This document shows, one piece after another, positions 50,461 to 64,000 of a stretch of 64,000 nucleotides of DNA. The DNA is from the human T2T-CHM13v2.0 reference genome, Homo sapiens: assembly GCF_009914755.1 (NCBI RefSeq), contig NC_060927.1, one strand, 5' to 3'. The notes under the pieces are model-generated. The model was not told where the DNA came from and ran no database searches. It saw only the letters and a program-made list of their open reading frames with translations. The translations under genes were made by a program, and so were the position numbers. Every line of letters begins with the position of its first letter. Within the stretch, counting starts at the first letter, position 1.

Positions 50461-53167
50461 AAGATAATTGAGACACTTTGACTTTTGGCATCTTAAATCA
50501 AAGTTTATATGAAAAAAGAATGGCTTCTAAAAGATATTATTTATGTTTAGAATATTTTGATTTTAGCTTTAGCAAAATAACTATTTTATTAAATATCATA
50601 TTTGATAGTTAATAATTATAGTTTATTAATAACTATCTTATTTTATCTAATTTAATTTCTCACCTTTTATTGTTACTTTATAAGAACATTTTAATTAATT
50701 AGAATGTTTTTATTGCTTGGAATCAACAGTTGTTTATAGTTTGTTAAAAAATTGAAAATATGAGCACATTTTGCATTGAATCACTGATGAATCATTAAAA
50801 TTATAATGCTCCTAAATCATAGTATTATTACAAGAATTTATAAAGCAATTAGACATTATAGGTATTTCATATATATATTATATATTATATATATTATATA
50901 TAACATATAATATTTTCCACCTCAAATGAGTATTCTGAAATTGGATCTTATTAATATTCAGATTAACCCAGGAAACTGAGTCTCAGCAGATTCTAACAGA
51001 ATGGAGGGGCTATTAACCAAGATATGTTATTAAAACCTTTGAGAATATCCAAGCTCATTGCCCCCATGTAATGTATACTTCATAATTAATAGAGGCCAAA
51101 AGAGTGGTTTGAGATGGTGATACACCCTGTAGAATAGGCTCATTCTCTTCCTATGTGGTTTTCTCTTGTACACCAGCTTTGAAACACAAGTAATTAATTT
51201 TTTTTACCTCATTTCAGCAAAGTCACAAACTAGTATGAAAAGTCAGAAATTTTCTGTGTTTCCCAAAGATAGCTAAAACTATAATTGTGCAATCTTTGAA
51301 TGACAACACTACATTCCAAATCCTATTTTATTTTCAGTATAATATGGAAAGAAAAATCTACTTTTATTAATAATTATTTGCATCTCAATGTATTCATGAA
51401 TAAGCAGACTACTCCATATTAATATAATATTAACAACTTTATTATAGTTCATACAAAAGTAACAAATACATCAAAATATTCACAAAATATAAAATTTGTA
51501 TATCTGTGTGTGTATTCATGTATTAATATTTTGGATGTTTCTCTGGAAAGAGGCATTAATCCTTGTCTTACTCTGAATTTAAATCTTCTTCTCTCTTTAT
51601 GGTGACCAGAAGTCAAATTACATTAACAGGACAAGGAAAAAAAAAAAAAAAACTAGTGTGCATAGCTCTTTAAGAGCATCACATCAAATTAGCTGGGCTG
51701 TACTTTCAGTTGCCTATCAAATACATAACTTTTTTACAGTAAACTTGATATACCCTCTTGTGTACTAGAAGGCATAATTGCTTTTATAAATTGAAAAGAT
51801 ATTTCTAACTTCAAACCTCAATCAAAAATCTTTATCTTTACTTGAAACAGTCCCATCTCTCCCGATCCTGCTATCAGTTTCTTTAAATGTTGATATTAAT
51901 AATATAGTTAGCATCGGGCAGTTAACTAGAGACAAGTATGAATATCTGCTACTGTGTGTATTACCATTTATCCTAGAATAGTTTACATTGATGTTTTATA
52001 CTCATTTTAATTGCATCTTCACAGAAACTTTATGTAGCTGTCTCTGACTTATGAAAACCTGATTTACTGATGCCTCCACCCATAAATCATTGCTACTGCT
52101 GCTTCTTCTCTTTCTACTCACTCTTCGTGACCATAGTACCTTTTACCCTTTTACCACAACTATGGAGGCCATATAAAAGCTAGTCAAACAAACAAGAAAA
52201 AAAAAAAAACTAAACACTAAGCACAAAAAAATTCAAAAGATAAATAAAATGCTTTTAAAGAATCAGTGGTAAGAAGTGGAAAAAAACAATAAACAAGGAG
52301 AGAACATTGACAATATTTCTTAAATGGCGGTCACTAGTTCCACTTTTATCAGAATTCTCTCTTTCGATTGTTAAAATGCAGATTTCCAGGTTTTACCTCA
52401 GTTGTATTGAGTCAGATTCTCTAAGCTACACTACCAGAATGTATTAACATTTAAGTTAAAACTCCACTGATGTTGATTTAGAAAATGTAATAACTCAACT
52501 TGATAGACTCAGATGGGAGCCCATGAACCTGCATTTTAAACAATCATTTATTTTAATGAAGTTATTTATTCTGCAAACATTTTTTCTAATACTCCCCAGT
52601 AGAATCAGAGGACTGACAGGCTCGGAATCTTAATTTTTGAAATGGAAAAGTAATTTTAGGAAAATAGCGTTTAGGGGGTGATAATGCTAGCCTGGCTGAA
52701 ATATTATGTGTGACGTTTGCCTGAGGTTACTTTGTCACTAAAAAGATGGATATTCAGACTTGGAATACTTGCATTAACCAAGGGTTGATGCATAAACAGT
52801 GTTAGTCTTCTTCTTAACTTTGGCTTGATGAGAAAATTAAAGATTCTTGTAATATTCTGATAAAAAATAGCCTCCTTTCCCAAGATGCTAGAATATTGTT
52901 TTTCACAAAAATGGAAAATTATTGTATTCCAAATGTAAAAAAAGAACTTTGCAAGTGCACATTTCTAGGAGTTCTTGATCATGGGAATGACATTTTTAAA
53001 GCCCATGCAGAGATAGGGCTTGAGAATATAGGCTTTATGTGAGGGAAGGAGCTGGAGGTGGTTATTTGCATAAAGGAGAGAGTTGAAATACACTACTCTC
53101 TCATCCATAAATGGAAATCCATCTCTGGGTGGACAACCTTAAGAGTGCTATGGATAAGATTAGAACT

Positions 53168-54002
<835 letters not shown>

Positions 54003-55789
54003 AACCCAAACTGTTTCACTATTCTTAGCAGATATAAAGCCTAAACTGAAGTTATCTATGTGTTACAGAAATTTCAGCCCACAGACTTTACTTATGGAGA
54101 TACTAGTTCTAAGCCATTCCCCCTGAGGTAGTCAAACATGCAAGTTATGTAGTACAGCAAAAATACAGCTAGTAAAGGGAATGAGCACAACCTATGGGTT
54201 CTAGCCAAATAGGAGCCATTTTTGTTAGTTTGTTTATTTCCTACTAATCCTTTAAAATTTATTCAATAGAAAGTGCATTAACCTTCCTGTGGCTAAACAT
54301 TTGTTCACTTTCCATGAGATTTCTGATAAATCATAGGTAACAGAAAATTTTGCATTAGCCTTAAATAGCAAACATAATATTTTCTTTTTTTTAATGGCCA
54401 AAGCAGTTTACCAGCTTTTGGCATTTGAGATGAGGGGCACAAGGGAGATAGACGTGGAAAGACAGACTTTCTTCCCTGTCCTTGTTTTTAACTGCTATTA
54501 CTCATTTATTGAAACACAGTAAGGATAAATGGTATTAGGAAAGGGATATCTTTCCTCAACCAGCATTCTTGCAAGCTGGGGAAATGTTTAAATCTCACCC
54601 TTTCTCTTATTCAAACTTGTATGATCTCTTCACAATAGTCCAATTACCTCCTGGATTGGATTTAAGAGAGCTCAGACCAACTCCCTGTTTTGTGTGGTCC
54701 ACATCTGTTCTACATTAAAAACTCACACATTCTCTAGCCCATTATCTTGTAATATGAAGGTAGTTATTTCTTTAATGGAAAGCAATTCAACTTTGCTGTG
54801 ATTTCCCCCAGACATCATGGATTGAACTTAGACTCCGGAGAACATTTCTGAAGTCCTCTGAGTAAGCTTCTTGAAGCACCCTTCACTAGACTAGAGGTAA
54901 GGAGTAGAAAAGAATCCCTGCCCCTTAGGAAGCTGAACCATATTTAGATTCATGGAAATTTGAAGACCCCTCCCAAAGTCTCCTCAAAATTGTCCTCTCC
55001 AATTTCACATTCTAGATTCTTTTACAGCCTCAATCTGTTATGGTGTACATGGACCAACGGTTATAAAATTGTATGTTAAAGGTTAAGCATACAACATCTG
55101 TTTAATTTCAAAACTCAGATCAAAATGCCCATGTTAAGGACTTTATCATAATATATTTGTCTGGCCTGAATGCCATCACCTGCCTTACTCTCATAATGTA
55201 AGAGATATCCAAAATATCCAAAGAGTCTCTCTCTCCTTTTTTTTAAATTCCAAGTTAGAATCTAGATTCCAAAGATAAGCCTTATTTGACTACAAGCCAG
55301 TGATCTCTGGTTACAGACTTTACTTCTGTTCTGGTTATTTCTGTCACTTTCTATTTTTTTGTTTTTATTTTAACTTCTAATGTCTTCTTTTTAGGATGAT
55401 GAATGATTCAAAGTATAACTAATTGAGAAAAATATGTCAAAGAGGGTGAGTTCAAGATAATAGGGGAGAGGCATTGTAATTATTTCAAATATATTGTAAA
55501 CATCACGTATTAGCCCATATTAAGGGCTTAACATTAACTATTAATATGCTTAGGGCTATCTTTCCTTAGATCTTTGCTTGGCTAATCTTTTCATCCTTTT
55601 CAAGTTTTTACTTAAATCTCACCTTGTAAATGAACTTGCTCTTAATAATTTAATACTGTAATCTTTCTCACACCTTCCCCATTTTTTACTCCTAGTATTT
55701 TATATGTTATTCTAGAATTTCCATGCAATATTTATCACCTTCTTATATACTATGTAGTTGATTTCTTTATTAGATCGTATATTATCTAT

Positions 55790-56338
55790 ATTGGGAGACT
55801 GTATATGCAAATAAACAATGGCCAGACCAAATATAAAAATAGAACACTGACTGACACCTGGCAGCAACCTGTCTAGGAAAACATCTCCTTATAATAAACA
55901 GCCCAGGAAGCCAGTCTGCTGTAAATCAGACTTGTAACAATTCAGACTCCTGTCTCCAGTAATGATCCAGGAAACAAAACAATAAATTTCATAGCAAACA
56001 GCCCAAAATGGTCACGACTTAATAACTGACTGTTTATGTAATTTTTATTCTGCTTCCAACTTAGGACCAACAAGAAAAGCCAAACATACATCCCTAATCA
56101 ATCGCACAGAATGCCTGCTTCTCATTAACCCGCCTAGACCTCCCCATGCCCACCGCCTCCAATGAGGTAATACTTGAAGCCTTGCATTTTTTCCACTATA
56201 AATCTTTCCCTGTCTTCTGTCTGCCTTTGATTGTTTGCCAAAATGTAAGCGACAGAGGCTCTTTTACTATAGCAAGGTGTGAATAAATAACATTTAATTA
56301 TTCTAATTTAGTTGGTTGGTCATCATTTATATTTATAG
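55790..56338 (+). mobile_element. MER67-like ERV1 solo LTR
   Basis: GGCCAGACC..AAAAATAGAAC..CAGCCCAGGAAGCCAG..CTTCCAACTTAGGACCAAC..CCACTATAAA..GAATAAATA. Confidence 0.7.
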
Positions 56339-56370
56339 TATCCTTACCCTAAATATCCTCACTTTCTGAA

Positions 56371-56762
56371 CATGATGGTCAATTTTATGTGCCAATTAGT
56401 CTGGGTCATAGTGCCCAGATATTTATTTGGTCAAACATTATTCTAGATGTTTCTGTAAGGGTTTTTTGTTTTGTTTTTTGTTGTTGTTGTTGTTTTTGTT
56501 TTTAAATTAACTTTAAATCAGTGGATTTAAAGTAAAGTAGTTTGTCCTCCATAATGTTGCTGAAACTCATCCAATTAGTTAAAGGCCTTAATAGGACCAA
56601 TGACTGCCCTATCCCAGAGTAAGAAAGAATTCAGGCTTGAATTACAACATCAGCCCTTCCCTGAGTCTCCAGCCTGTCAACCTATCTGGCCAATTTTGGA
56701 CATGTCAACCTCCATAAGCCTCCTTTCTTTGTTTTAAATAACCAATTCCTTAAAATATATTT

Positions 56763-56829
<67 letters not shown>

Positions 56830-56864
56830 GAGTTCTGTTTCTTTAAAGAACCATGATTAATATA
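56371..56864 (+). mobile_element. MLT2D-like LTR
   Basis: TGATGGTCAATTTTATGTG..GGTCAAACATTATTCTAGATGTTTCTGT..GTTCTGTTTCTTTAAAGAACC. Confidence 0.82.
56762..56827. repeat. (TC)n(AC)n compound microsatellite
   Basis: Directly visible inside the MLT2 LTR. Confidence 0.95.
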
Positions 56865-56954
56865 CCAAATACAACAAATCAACCACCCTCCCAATCTGCC
56901 ATGTTGGAATAAAGCTCCATGAAGGAAGGCTTTGGGTCACTTTTGTCCATTGAG

Positions 56955-57306
56955 TGTCTTACTCTATTTGAGCTGTTCTAACAAAGTATCGTAAACTAGA
57001 TAGCTTCTCAACAACAAAAATGTTATCTCTAACAGTTTTTGAGGCTAAGAAGCTCAGTATTAAGGCACTGGTAAATTTGGTGTCTGGCGAGGGCCCACTT
57101 TCTTGTAAATGGCTCCTTCTCCCTGTGTCCTCACATGATTGAAGAGGCAAACAAGCTCCCTCAGGCCTATTTTATAAAAACACTAATCCCATTCCTGAGA
57201 GTGAAGCCCTCATCATCTGATCACCCCCTAAAACCTCACCTCTGAATACCCCAGGTGTTAGGATTTCCACATATAAATTTTGAGGGGATACATTCAGACC
57301 ATGGCA
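56955..57306 (-). mobile_element. MLT1A0-like MaLR LTR
   Basis: TTTGGTGTCTGGCGAGGGCCC..CTGTGTCCTCACATG..CACTAATCCCATT..ACATTCAGACCATGGCA. Confidence 0.85.
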
Positions 57307-58976
57307 CTAATATATCCCAACTGGTTAATATTGTGTCTAGTATATCATAAATAGGTAATGCATAATGGTTGAATAAATATATAACAATCTTTCTGGACTA
57401 TACAGTTTGGTGTTTTAGGTTTGCATCTGTCAAAGATGCTGAAGGAGGAGAAGAAAAAGAGAGAGATAAAAGAAAGAGAGAGATTACACCAGACAGCCTC
57501 TAAACTCCCTTTGATAACCAAGGTCTCATGAGTCCAAGAAATAATCAAATAAAAGCCACTGAATATTGCCTAGGCTTACCTCTGCTTTCTATTAAGCTAC
57601 AAGCAAAATAAAAAGGAAACCAGCATCATACTTCTTATTAATGGAATTTCATGAGCACATTTCATCTCAATTTATATTTCATGGCATCCAGGTGCTAAGT
57701 GCAGTTTCAAGCATACTCTACTCTCCCATAAATTATACAGTAAATCATCACTTGGTAATGGGCACTTTATTTTTCATGCTGATTTCCTTAAGTGCTGCAC
57801 TCTGAGGTCTCTCAGTCATGGCCATATGCTTTTCTTTACTTTCACATATTTGAATATAGAGCCATAGTGATAGCTCCAAGATTTTTTTTTACCCTTTTCT
57901 ATAAACCGTGGGTTACTCAAAATTGTTCTTTCAGATTAAGAACAGAGTAGAAATCTTCTGCAGAAAACTAACATGAAGCACACTGTTTTTTATCCTTTTA
58001 TCACCCCTGCTGAGAGTCATGTGAATAAGATTTTCCTGAAAAAGATGAAAAGAAAGTATGACAACTTTTGATTCAAAAATGCCTTGTAAAGTAGAAACAT
58101 AGTTCAGGAAAAATGTATTTCAATTCCTAAGAACTTTGACACATTAAAATATGTGTTATTTTATTTGTTTTGCTTGGATTGGCTTTTGTTTTCTGTCACT
58201 CTTTTGAGTGTAGACAGACTGGATGTCAGTAGATATGGGATGAATGGTAAATTATGGTTGAAAAATAGACATTATTTAAAATTTCAATGCTATAGACTAA
58301 TAAACTATTCTGTTCCCTCATATTCTTTACAAATATTCATCAAAATTAGTTCATTTCATTGTCACAACCAAATCCCTAGGCGATCCTGGGCTGCTGTCTG
58401 GGAAATGTTTCTCTTTGCTGCTAATTCCTTCTATTGTTTTTTGGCCTATTCCCAACTATTCAATTTTCCTTGCCTCAAACTTTTAGTTGTAATCATTTAG
58501 TTTTCTAACATTCTTCAAAACTACCTTAGAATAAAATATATTTTCCCCTTTAAAATTTTGTTACCTAATTTTCAAATCTCACATGTACCCATTATGTCTA
58601 GTTATGGATTGGCAGGACTTAAACTGTGAGAAGACAGAATGAAGGAATTATTACAACCCATGCTCTCTGGCTTTCTATATGATTTTTTTTCCTGTATTTT
58701 CTTTTTAATATACTTTTAATATTAAGCCAAAAATCAAAACAATTCTTAAGAGTAATTAATAAGAATTTGTAAGAAATGTTACTCTGTGCCCTTGGAGATG
58801 AAAAATATAAGAATAGGTTCTTAGGCAACCAGTGAAGAATGAAAGAAAAGCACCTTTTTTAGAAAAGTTTATGCTTTCACAAGAGATGTATTCATTTGCT
58901 CACATGACAGAGGCTTGAGCAAATATGTGTAACAGATGTTAATCAACATGTTTCAGCTTTATGGCATAACGCTTTT

Positions 58977-59241
58977 GTTTTTGTTTTCTTTTGTTTTGTG
59001 TTTTTTTTTTTTTTTTGAGAGAGGAACACACTCTGCCACCCAGGCTGGAGTGCAGTGGTGCAGTCTCAGCTCACCGCGGCCTTGATTTCCTGGGCTCAGG
59101 TGATCCTCTCACCCCAGCCATCCAAGTAGCTGGGACCAGAGGCACACACCACCATACCTGGCCCATTTATTTTTATTTTTATTTTTGTATAGACAGGATT
59201 TCAACACATTGCGCAGGCTAGTCTTCAAACTCTTGGGCTCA
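58977..59241 (-). mobile_element. 5'-truncated AluJ with TSD
   Basis: Ends inside the left arm at CTCTTGGGCTCA. TSD GCATAACGCTTT / GCATAATGTTTT. Confidence 0.87.
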
Positions 59242-61119
59242 GCATAATGTTTTAAAATAAAATGCAAATTTTTTTTTTTTATTTTAAAGCATATTATTGT
59301 CAATACAATTGAAAATTAATAGTGACATTGCATCACTATTTTTAAGCACATAGATTTCTTAATGTTTTACAAATAAGATAATTTTGAATAATGGACACAT
59401 TATATAAAGCAGAGCAATTTATGTGAAATTTTTGGGAAAAATGACCTTTTACCAAAGTATATCTTACAGGTAATTCTTCAAACTTTCAAAACAACTTTAT
59501 CTGCTGACTTTATGGAAATGTTTCTCCAATATAAGATGCAATACATTGCCTCCTTAATCAGAATATTTATATACTGTATTTCTCTGCCTAGCTGGATTCT
59601 TAGGTCATTTTGAGCATTCTTTTGACAAAACATGAAGAATTAATGACATCAAAAATAAGCAATGTTCTAAACTGCTTGGTGATACTTTGATAGTCCTGAT
59701 TAGGTTTCATTTTTCTCCTTATTCAGTGTTAGAGGAGTATGTTTTAATGTCCATAATATCCTCTCATTCCATCAATACCTTTGAAGGTCCCAAAATGTTC
59801 TTGATCATCATATCACCATGTTAGTTTTAAAAACTGATTATGCATGTACCCCATAATCAAAATTTATCATTAGTAAGATTGATATGGGCTAGTTAATCTT
59901 TAAATTTTTTTTTCCAAATCACTTAGAGATTGTCTTGTTTAGTCAGCTCAGGAACAATTATTCTTATTACCACCTCTTTAGATGTGGTCTTGGAATTAGG
60001 GTGAATTTATATCATATATATTTGTCACCAATAGCCTGAAAAGAGACTGTTAGTGGTATTCCAAAAACAAATATATTTCTCCTGAACATATAAATTGGAA
60101 TTTATCTCTCTTATTTTTTTCTGTTTTTCAGAAGTGTTAGTGTAAGTTATATGTAGAAAAGAGGGAAAACAAATTTCAAACTTCCTTTTTTTAACCTTTC
60201 TTTGACTATGTAAGGCAATACCCATAAATCTCTTCTTATCTTAAAGCCTGGAGATAGTATGCTGCCTGACATACATATCTCAGAATGTAATTCTCTGCTT
60301 TGTTCTACAACTTTTGTTGACAGCATCAGTCTAGCTCCTCTTTTCCTGGTCACTGCTGCTACTGCTCCTTTGTTAAGTGCCTTTAACCCCAATGGGCATT
60401 TTCATTAGGACCTTCATCCGGGAAGCCACAAACATAATATGAGAACATGTACTATTAGCTCAGCATTCCATATGGCACAATTCAGTTGCATGTTCTTTTC
60501 AAGGGTGCAGCACTGTGGTCTGATTCTCCCCTCCAGCCCTGTGCTTTCTTATCTAGCAGACACAGCATCGTGTTATAATGATTAAACAATTCAACAGGTC
60601 TCTAAATTAGTCTAAAATATAGGTAAGTTAGAGGGTGGGGTTTGGTAGGATTATTCATCTGTCTCAAAGTCCTTGCCTTTTTTTTTTTTTAGAATGTTAA
60701 CTATACTACAGGTTTAGTTTGTTAGAATCCAACTTTAACATGCATTAAAATACTACAGATTATTAGTGGAAACTTATTTCACCACTGTTCCTACTGTAAA
60801 ACTGTGTACTTTTTTTAACCATGTATGCTATAATACAATTATTTCTTTTTATATATCTGTATTTATGAGATCCTAAATTGTCTGATGAAGTCTACTTTGC
60901 ATTTGTCTTCATAATACACAATTTTGTTTCAGAGTATACACTTACTATTTGGTTGTTGGATAAATCCATTACATTCATTTATTTTCAATTATACATTTAA
61001 TATATGATACATTGTTATTAAAATACTGAATTAAGATTCCTTTTAATGTAAAAACAAATATTATAAAGTTGCATCATGTATTATTGCTGGTAATATTTTA
61101 TTGAATAAGACTTTATTTT

Positions 61120-61560
61120 CTTATAGAGCTTGCATTCAGTGAGGAAAAATAAAATTCATATATACTCAAATAAAGAATATATTATTTCAGATAATTATTC
61201 TTTGATTAAAAAAATAGAACAGGATAAATGAATCAGGATTTTCCTGGGGGCAAGTAATAAGGATCCTCTTTTAAACTTGAAGGAAGAGAGAAAATATTAA
61301 TATAAAAATATGTGAAGGAAGAATATTCCAGGAAAAGAAACAGGAAAAGCAATCCAAAAAGGAACGTGGGGAGGGGCCAAACAAATAAATAACAATTAAA
61401 AAAGACTGCAACAGAAATGAGGACTAGGTAAAGGGGGAACATGCGATTAGAGAATGAACCGTGAGAAATGATCACATATAACTAACTTTACAGGTCGTAT
61501 AAGTGTATTGGATATTATTCTAAGAAATAGGATTGTGCCTGGGAGAATAAATGTAGATAA
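61120..61560 (-). mobile_element. L2 relic
   Basis: ATAGAGCTTGCATTCAGTGAGG..ATTTCAGAT..ATTCCAGGAAAAGAAACAG, purine-rich antisense L2 pattern. Confidence 0.5.
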
Positions 61561-61799
61561 ATGAGGCTTTCTTGTTTTATTTTTTAACATAAGAAACATA
61601 TTAAATATGTTAGGAAAGAGCTGAGAAAAAGAGTCTCTTACAAAAAGAGACTTAAAAAAACTTGGAAGTGCTAAATTGGTTAAAAGAGTGCTTAGCCTAG
61701 GAAAAGAGATCTCTCCTACGTAATGAGAAGAAACAGAAGATTGATATGTGTGTAAGTGTATGTTTGTAACTATACTCATGAAATTGACTGCTCAGATAC

Positions 61800-62110
61800 T
61801 TCAAGATAGCATTAATTGCCACAGCTGCCCTCTAGCTCAGCATTGGTCTCAGCTATCAACAGCCACTTTGCTCAAAGGAATGGCCTTCTTCTCAGGACAT
61901 CATACATCAATGACTGGTTGAGGCTGGGGTCTATTTTGACTCCACACTGGGCAATTCTGATGGGGCATATATGATTCAGAGTTCTCTATGGAGTCTTCCA
62001 GGGCCACAGTTCTGCTTCTCTCTGCCCAACCCTGCTTCCTTCCCTCTCCTTCAACAGAAGTTGTACTGGAATAAATACTCAGCAAGGCAAACTCTGCTAC
62101 AGAGAACCTC
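61800..62110 (+). mobile_element. LTR16-like ERVL LTR
   Basis: CAATGACTGG..CTTCTCTCTGCCCAACCCTGCTTCCT..AATAAA. Confidence 0.55.
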
Positions 62111-62729
62111 ATCAGCCATAGTTAAGAAACTGAAAAATGTTTCTTCCAATAGATTTTTTTATTTTTGTGTGTGTAAGTTAGAAAACAAAGCCTTCTCTGA
62201 GAATGAGTTATGAGATGCATGTGGGTGTAGGCATGGTGAGTTCAAAGGAAATGTAAATGTTTGAAATAGTTGCTAGGAAAACTGGAGCTAAGAATAGTTT
62301 AAGGAGACAGAAGCACTGCTAGGCTGTCTTGGTAGCCAAATTGAAGTCACAGACCAAGATAACTGTGAACACTGCTTCCGTTTTAAAAAATATCTTCTCT
62401 TGGCTATTTTGAAGACACATATTTATGGCTTTCCTTCTATACGTCTTCCACTTTTTCTCAACTTCCTCTATTTTTTTTTCTTTACTTATCCTGTTAAATT
62501 TAATGTTTGTCAGGGTCTGCCCTGGACTCACTTCACACATTTTTTCCGAAAAGGCTCATTTATTCCTTTGCTTCAGTTTCTCTCCATACACTGATAAATC
62601 CACAAACTCTTTTCGCTGCCCACTTCCCTTTCTTAACTATATGGCCATATATCCACCAGTCTGTTGATCATCTCTAACTGATAATCAATGATCAAGGTGG
62701 AAATCTCACAGGTGCCACAAAAAACATTA

Positions 62730-62743
62730 TCTATCTATCTATC

Positions 62744-62788
<45 letters not shown>
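62730..62788. repeat. Tetranucleotide STR (TCTA)3 TCA (TCTA)11
   Basis: Counted directly from the sequence. Confidence 0.95.
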
Positions 62789-62789
<1 letters not shown>

Positions 62790-63546
62790 ATGATATATAT
62801 ATAATGTAACAAATTGTTTTATGTTTTTTCCCCAAAAAATCCATTCTTCTCACCCTTAATATTGCATTCCATGGCTTAAACCTAAAAAAAAAAAAAGGAT
62901 AAATATCTGTAGGTTTTCTTTCTTAATCACCACATGTGGTCAACGTTGTAGCCTAAATAACATGTACATCTATCTAATATATCCTTCATTATGGCCTCCA
63001 GCATGCCTCACCTATGTTATTGCGGTATCCTGCAAATTGGTCTGCCCACTTCAGTCTTTTTTCTCCAATCCGTTTTATTTTCCCTAAAATAAAATGTAGC
63101 ATTTTTTCAGATCTTCACAAAACTGTCGGAATTGAGAACCAGACATACATTTTAAAAATCTGCAAAAATAAATTCTGAAAGTTCTTTTTGTTTAGGGCAA
63201 GCAGTCGTGGAATAAGCATGTAAACTAGTTAGCTTCTCAAGTATACACAGTGGCTTCTCTGTTTGACGTTACAAGAGTACCAAGTGTCTGTTTTTCTAGA
63301 GCTAGTAGTTGGTGAGTTTTGGCTAGTGTTGAGTCGAATCACAGTTTTAGAAGGATATCTGAGAAAATGTCTCTTCTGCTTAAAATGCCTCAATATTTTC
63401 CCATTGCTATTGTTATAATTACAAATTGTAAATGCCTTAATATGGCTCAAATAGCCCTTCAACACCTAATTCCTGCTTTCTTTCCTGTATTATCTTTTGC
63501 CAACCCCAACAGCTCTGTTCCCATCCCTATCCTATAAATTCTAGGT

Positions 63547-63670
63547 TTACTGAATATATTATACTGAATTTCTTCAGGTTACTGAAATTCTTCAATTATA
63601 CTGAATTTCTTCAAATTCCTAATAGTTATAATAATTTCTTCATATTATACTGAATTTCTTCAAGTTCCTA
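63547..63670. repeat. Imperfect 18-19-bp minisatellite (ATTATACTGAATTTCTTCA)
   Basis: Exact copies at 63558, 63595 and 63644, with variants at about 63547, 63577 and 63625. Confidence 0.85.
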
Positions 63671-63846
63671 GCACATAATGTGTTCCAAGTTTTAAGTCTT
63701 TCCTTATATATCAAATATCAATATCCATAGTAATGCTGTACCACACTAAACATTTCTTTAGTGCTTGAGGCTGTGGTTCTGTAATGTAGGTGGTCTCAGT
63801 TGGATGCACTTAGTTATCTGTAGTGGCCTTGGCTGGGAAGATTATA

Positions 63847-64000
63847 TATGGGAGACTGAAAAAAAGTCCCCCAAAGATATTAGGTTCTAATCTCTGGAAC
63901 CTATAAATCTCCTTATTTGGAAACAGAGTCTTTTCAGGTATAATTAAGGATCTTGAGATGTATGGATCACTCTGAAATTACTAGGTGGGCCTTAAATGTA
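63847..64000 (+). mobile_element. MLT1D/E-like MaLR LTR 5' part, running off the window
   Basis: CCCCAAAGATAT..CTAATCTCTGGAACCT..TAATTAAGGATCTTGAGATG..GGTGGGCCTTAAATG. Confidence 0.8.

Larger units (their letters stand above)
55550..57380 (+). mobile_element. L2 relic split by three LTR insertions
   Basis: TTAAATCTCACCT.., AAGCTCCATGAAGGAAGG..TTTTGTCCATTG and terminal TGGTTGAATAAAT pieces occur in L2 order. Confidence 0.6.

Noticed and set aside
54030-55130. Possible ancient LTR or conserved element
   Set aside because: I could not assign termini, a family or a coherent motif with any confidence.
58153-58500. 115-aa hydrophobic ORF
   Set aside because: Non-ATG start, composition driven by T-rich DNA, and no domain or exon structure.
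63547-63670. CRISPR-like repeat-spacer appearance
   Set aside because: The intervening sequences are variants of the unit rather than unique spacers, there are no cas genes, and the DNA is primate.

Overview
AT-rich primate (human or ape-like) genomic DNA made mostly of interspersed repeats, typical of an intergenic or deep-intronic region. I see no intact protein-coding gene, RNA gene or CRISPR array, and every ORF I can assign is a transposon remnant. The content is two long old L1PB-type LINEs, three younger L1PA fragments that all show twin-priming inversions with target-site duplications (TSDs), several Alus (one trimeric), a near-full-length Tigger1 with nested insertions, many solo LTRs, MIR/L2/L1M relics and simple repeats. 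The most notable element is a 5'-truncated minus-strand MER34-type provirus at about 27.3-32.7 kb with pol remnants, a polypurine tract (PPT) and a 3' LTR. Its env pseudogene aligns motif by motif with my recollection of human HEMO (ERVMER34-1), and it appears to preserve an ancestral furin site and immunosuppressive domain (ISD) while carrying an in-frame SU deletion. Repeat subfamily names and the HEMO comparison come from memory of consensus sequences and need RepeatMasker/BLAST confirmation. I found no intact novel system.
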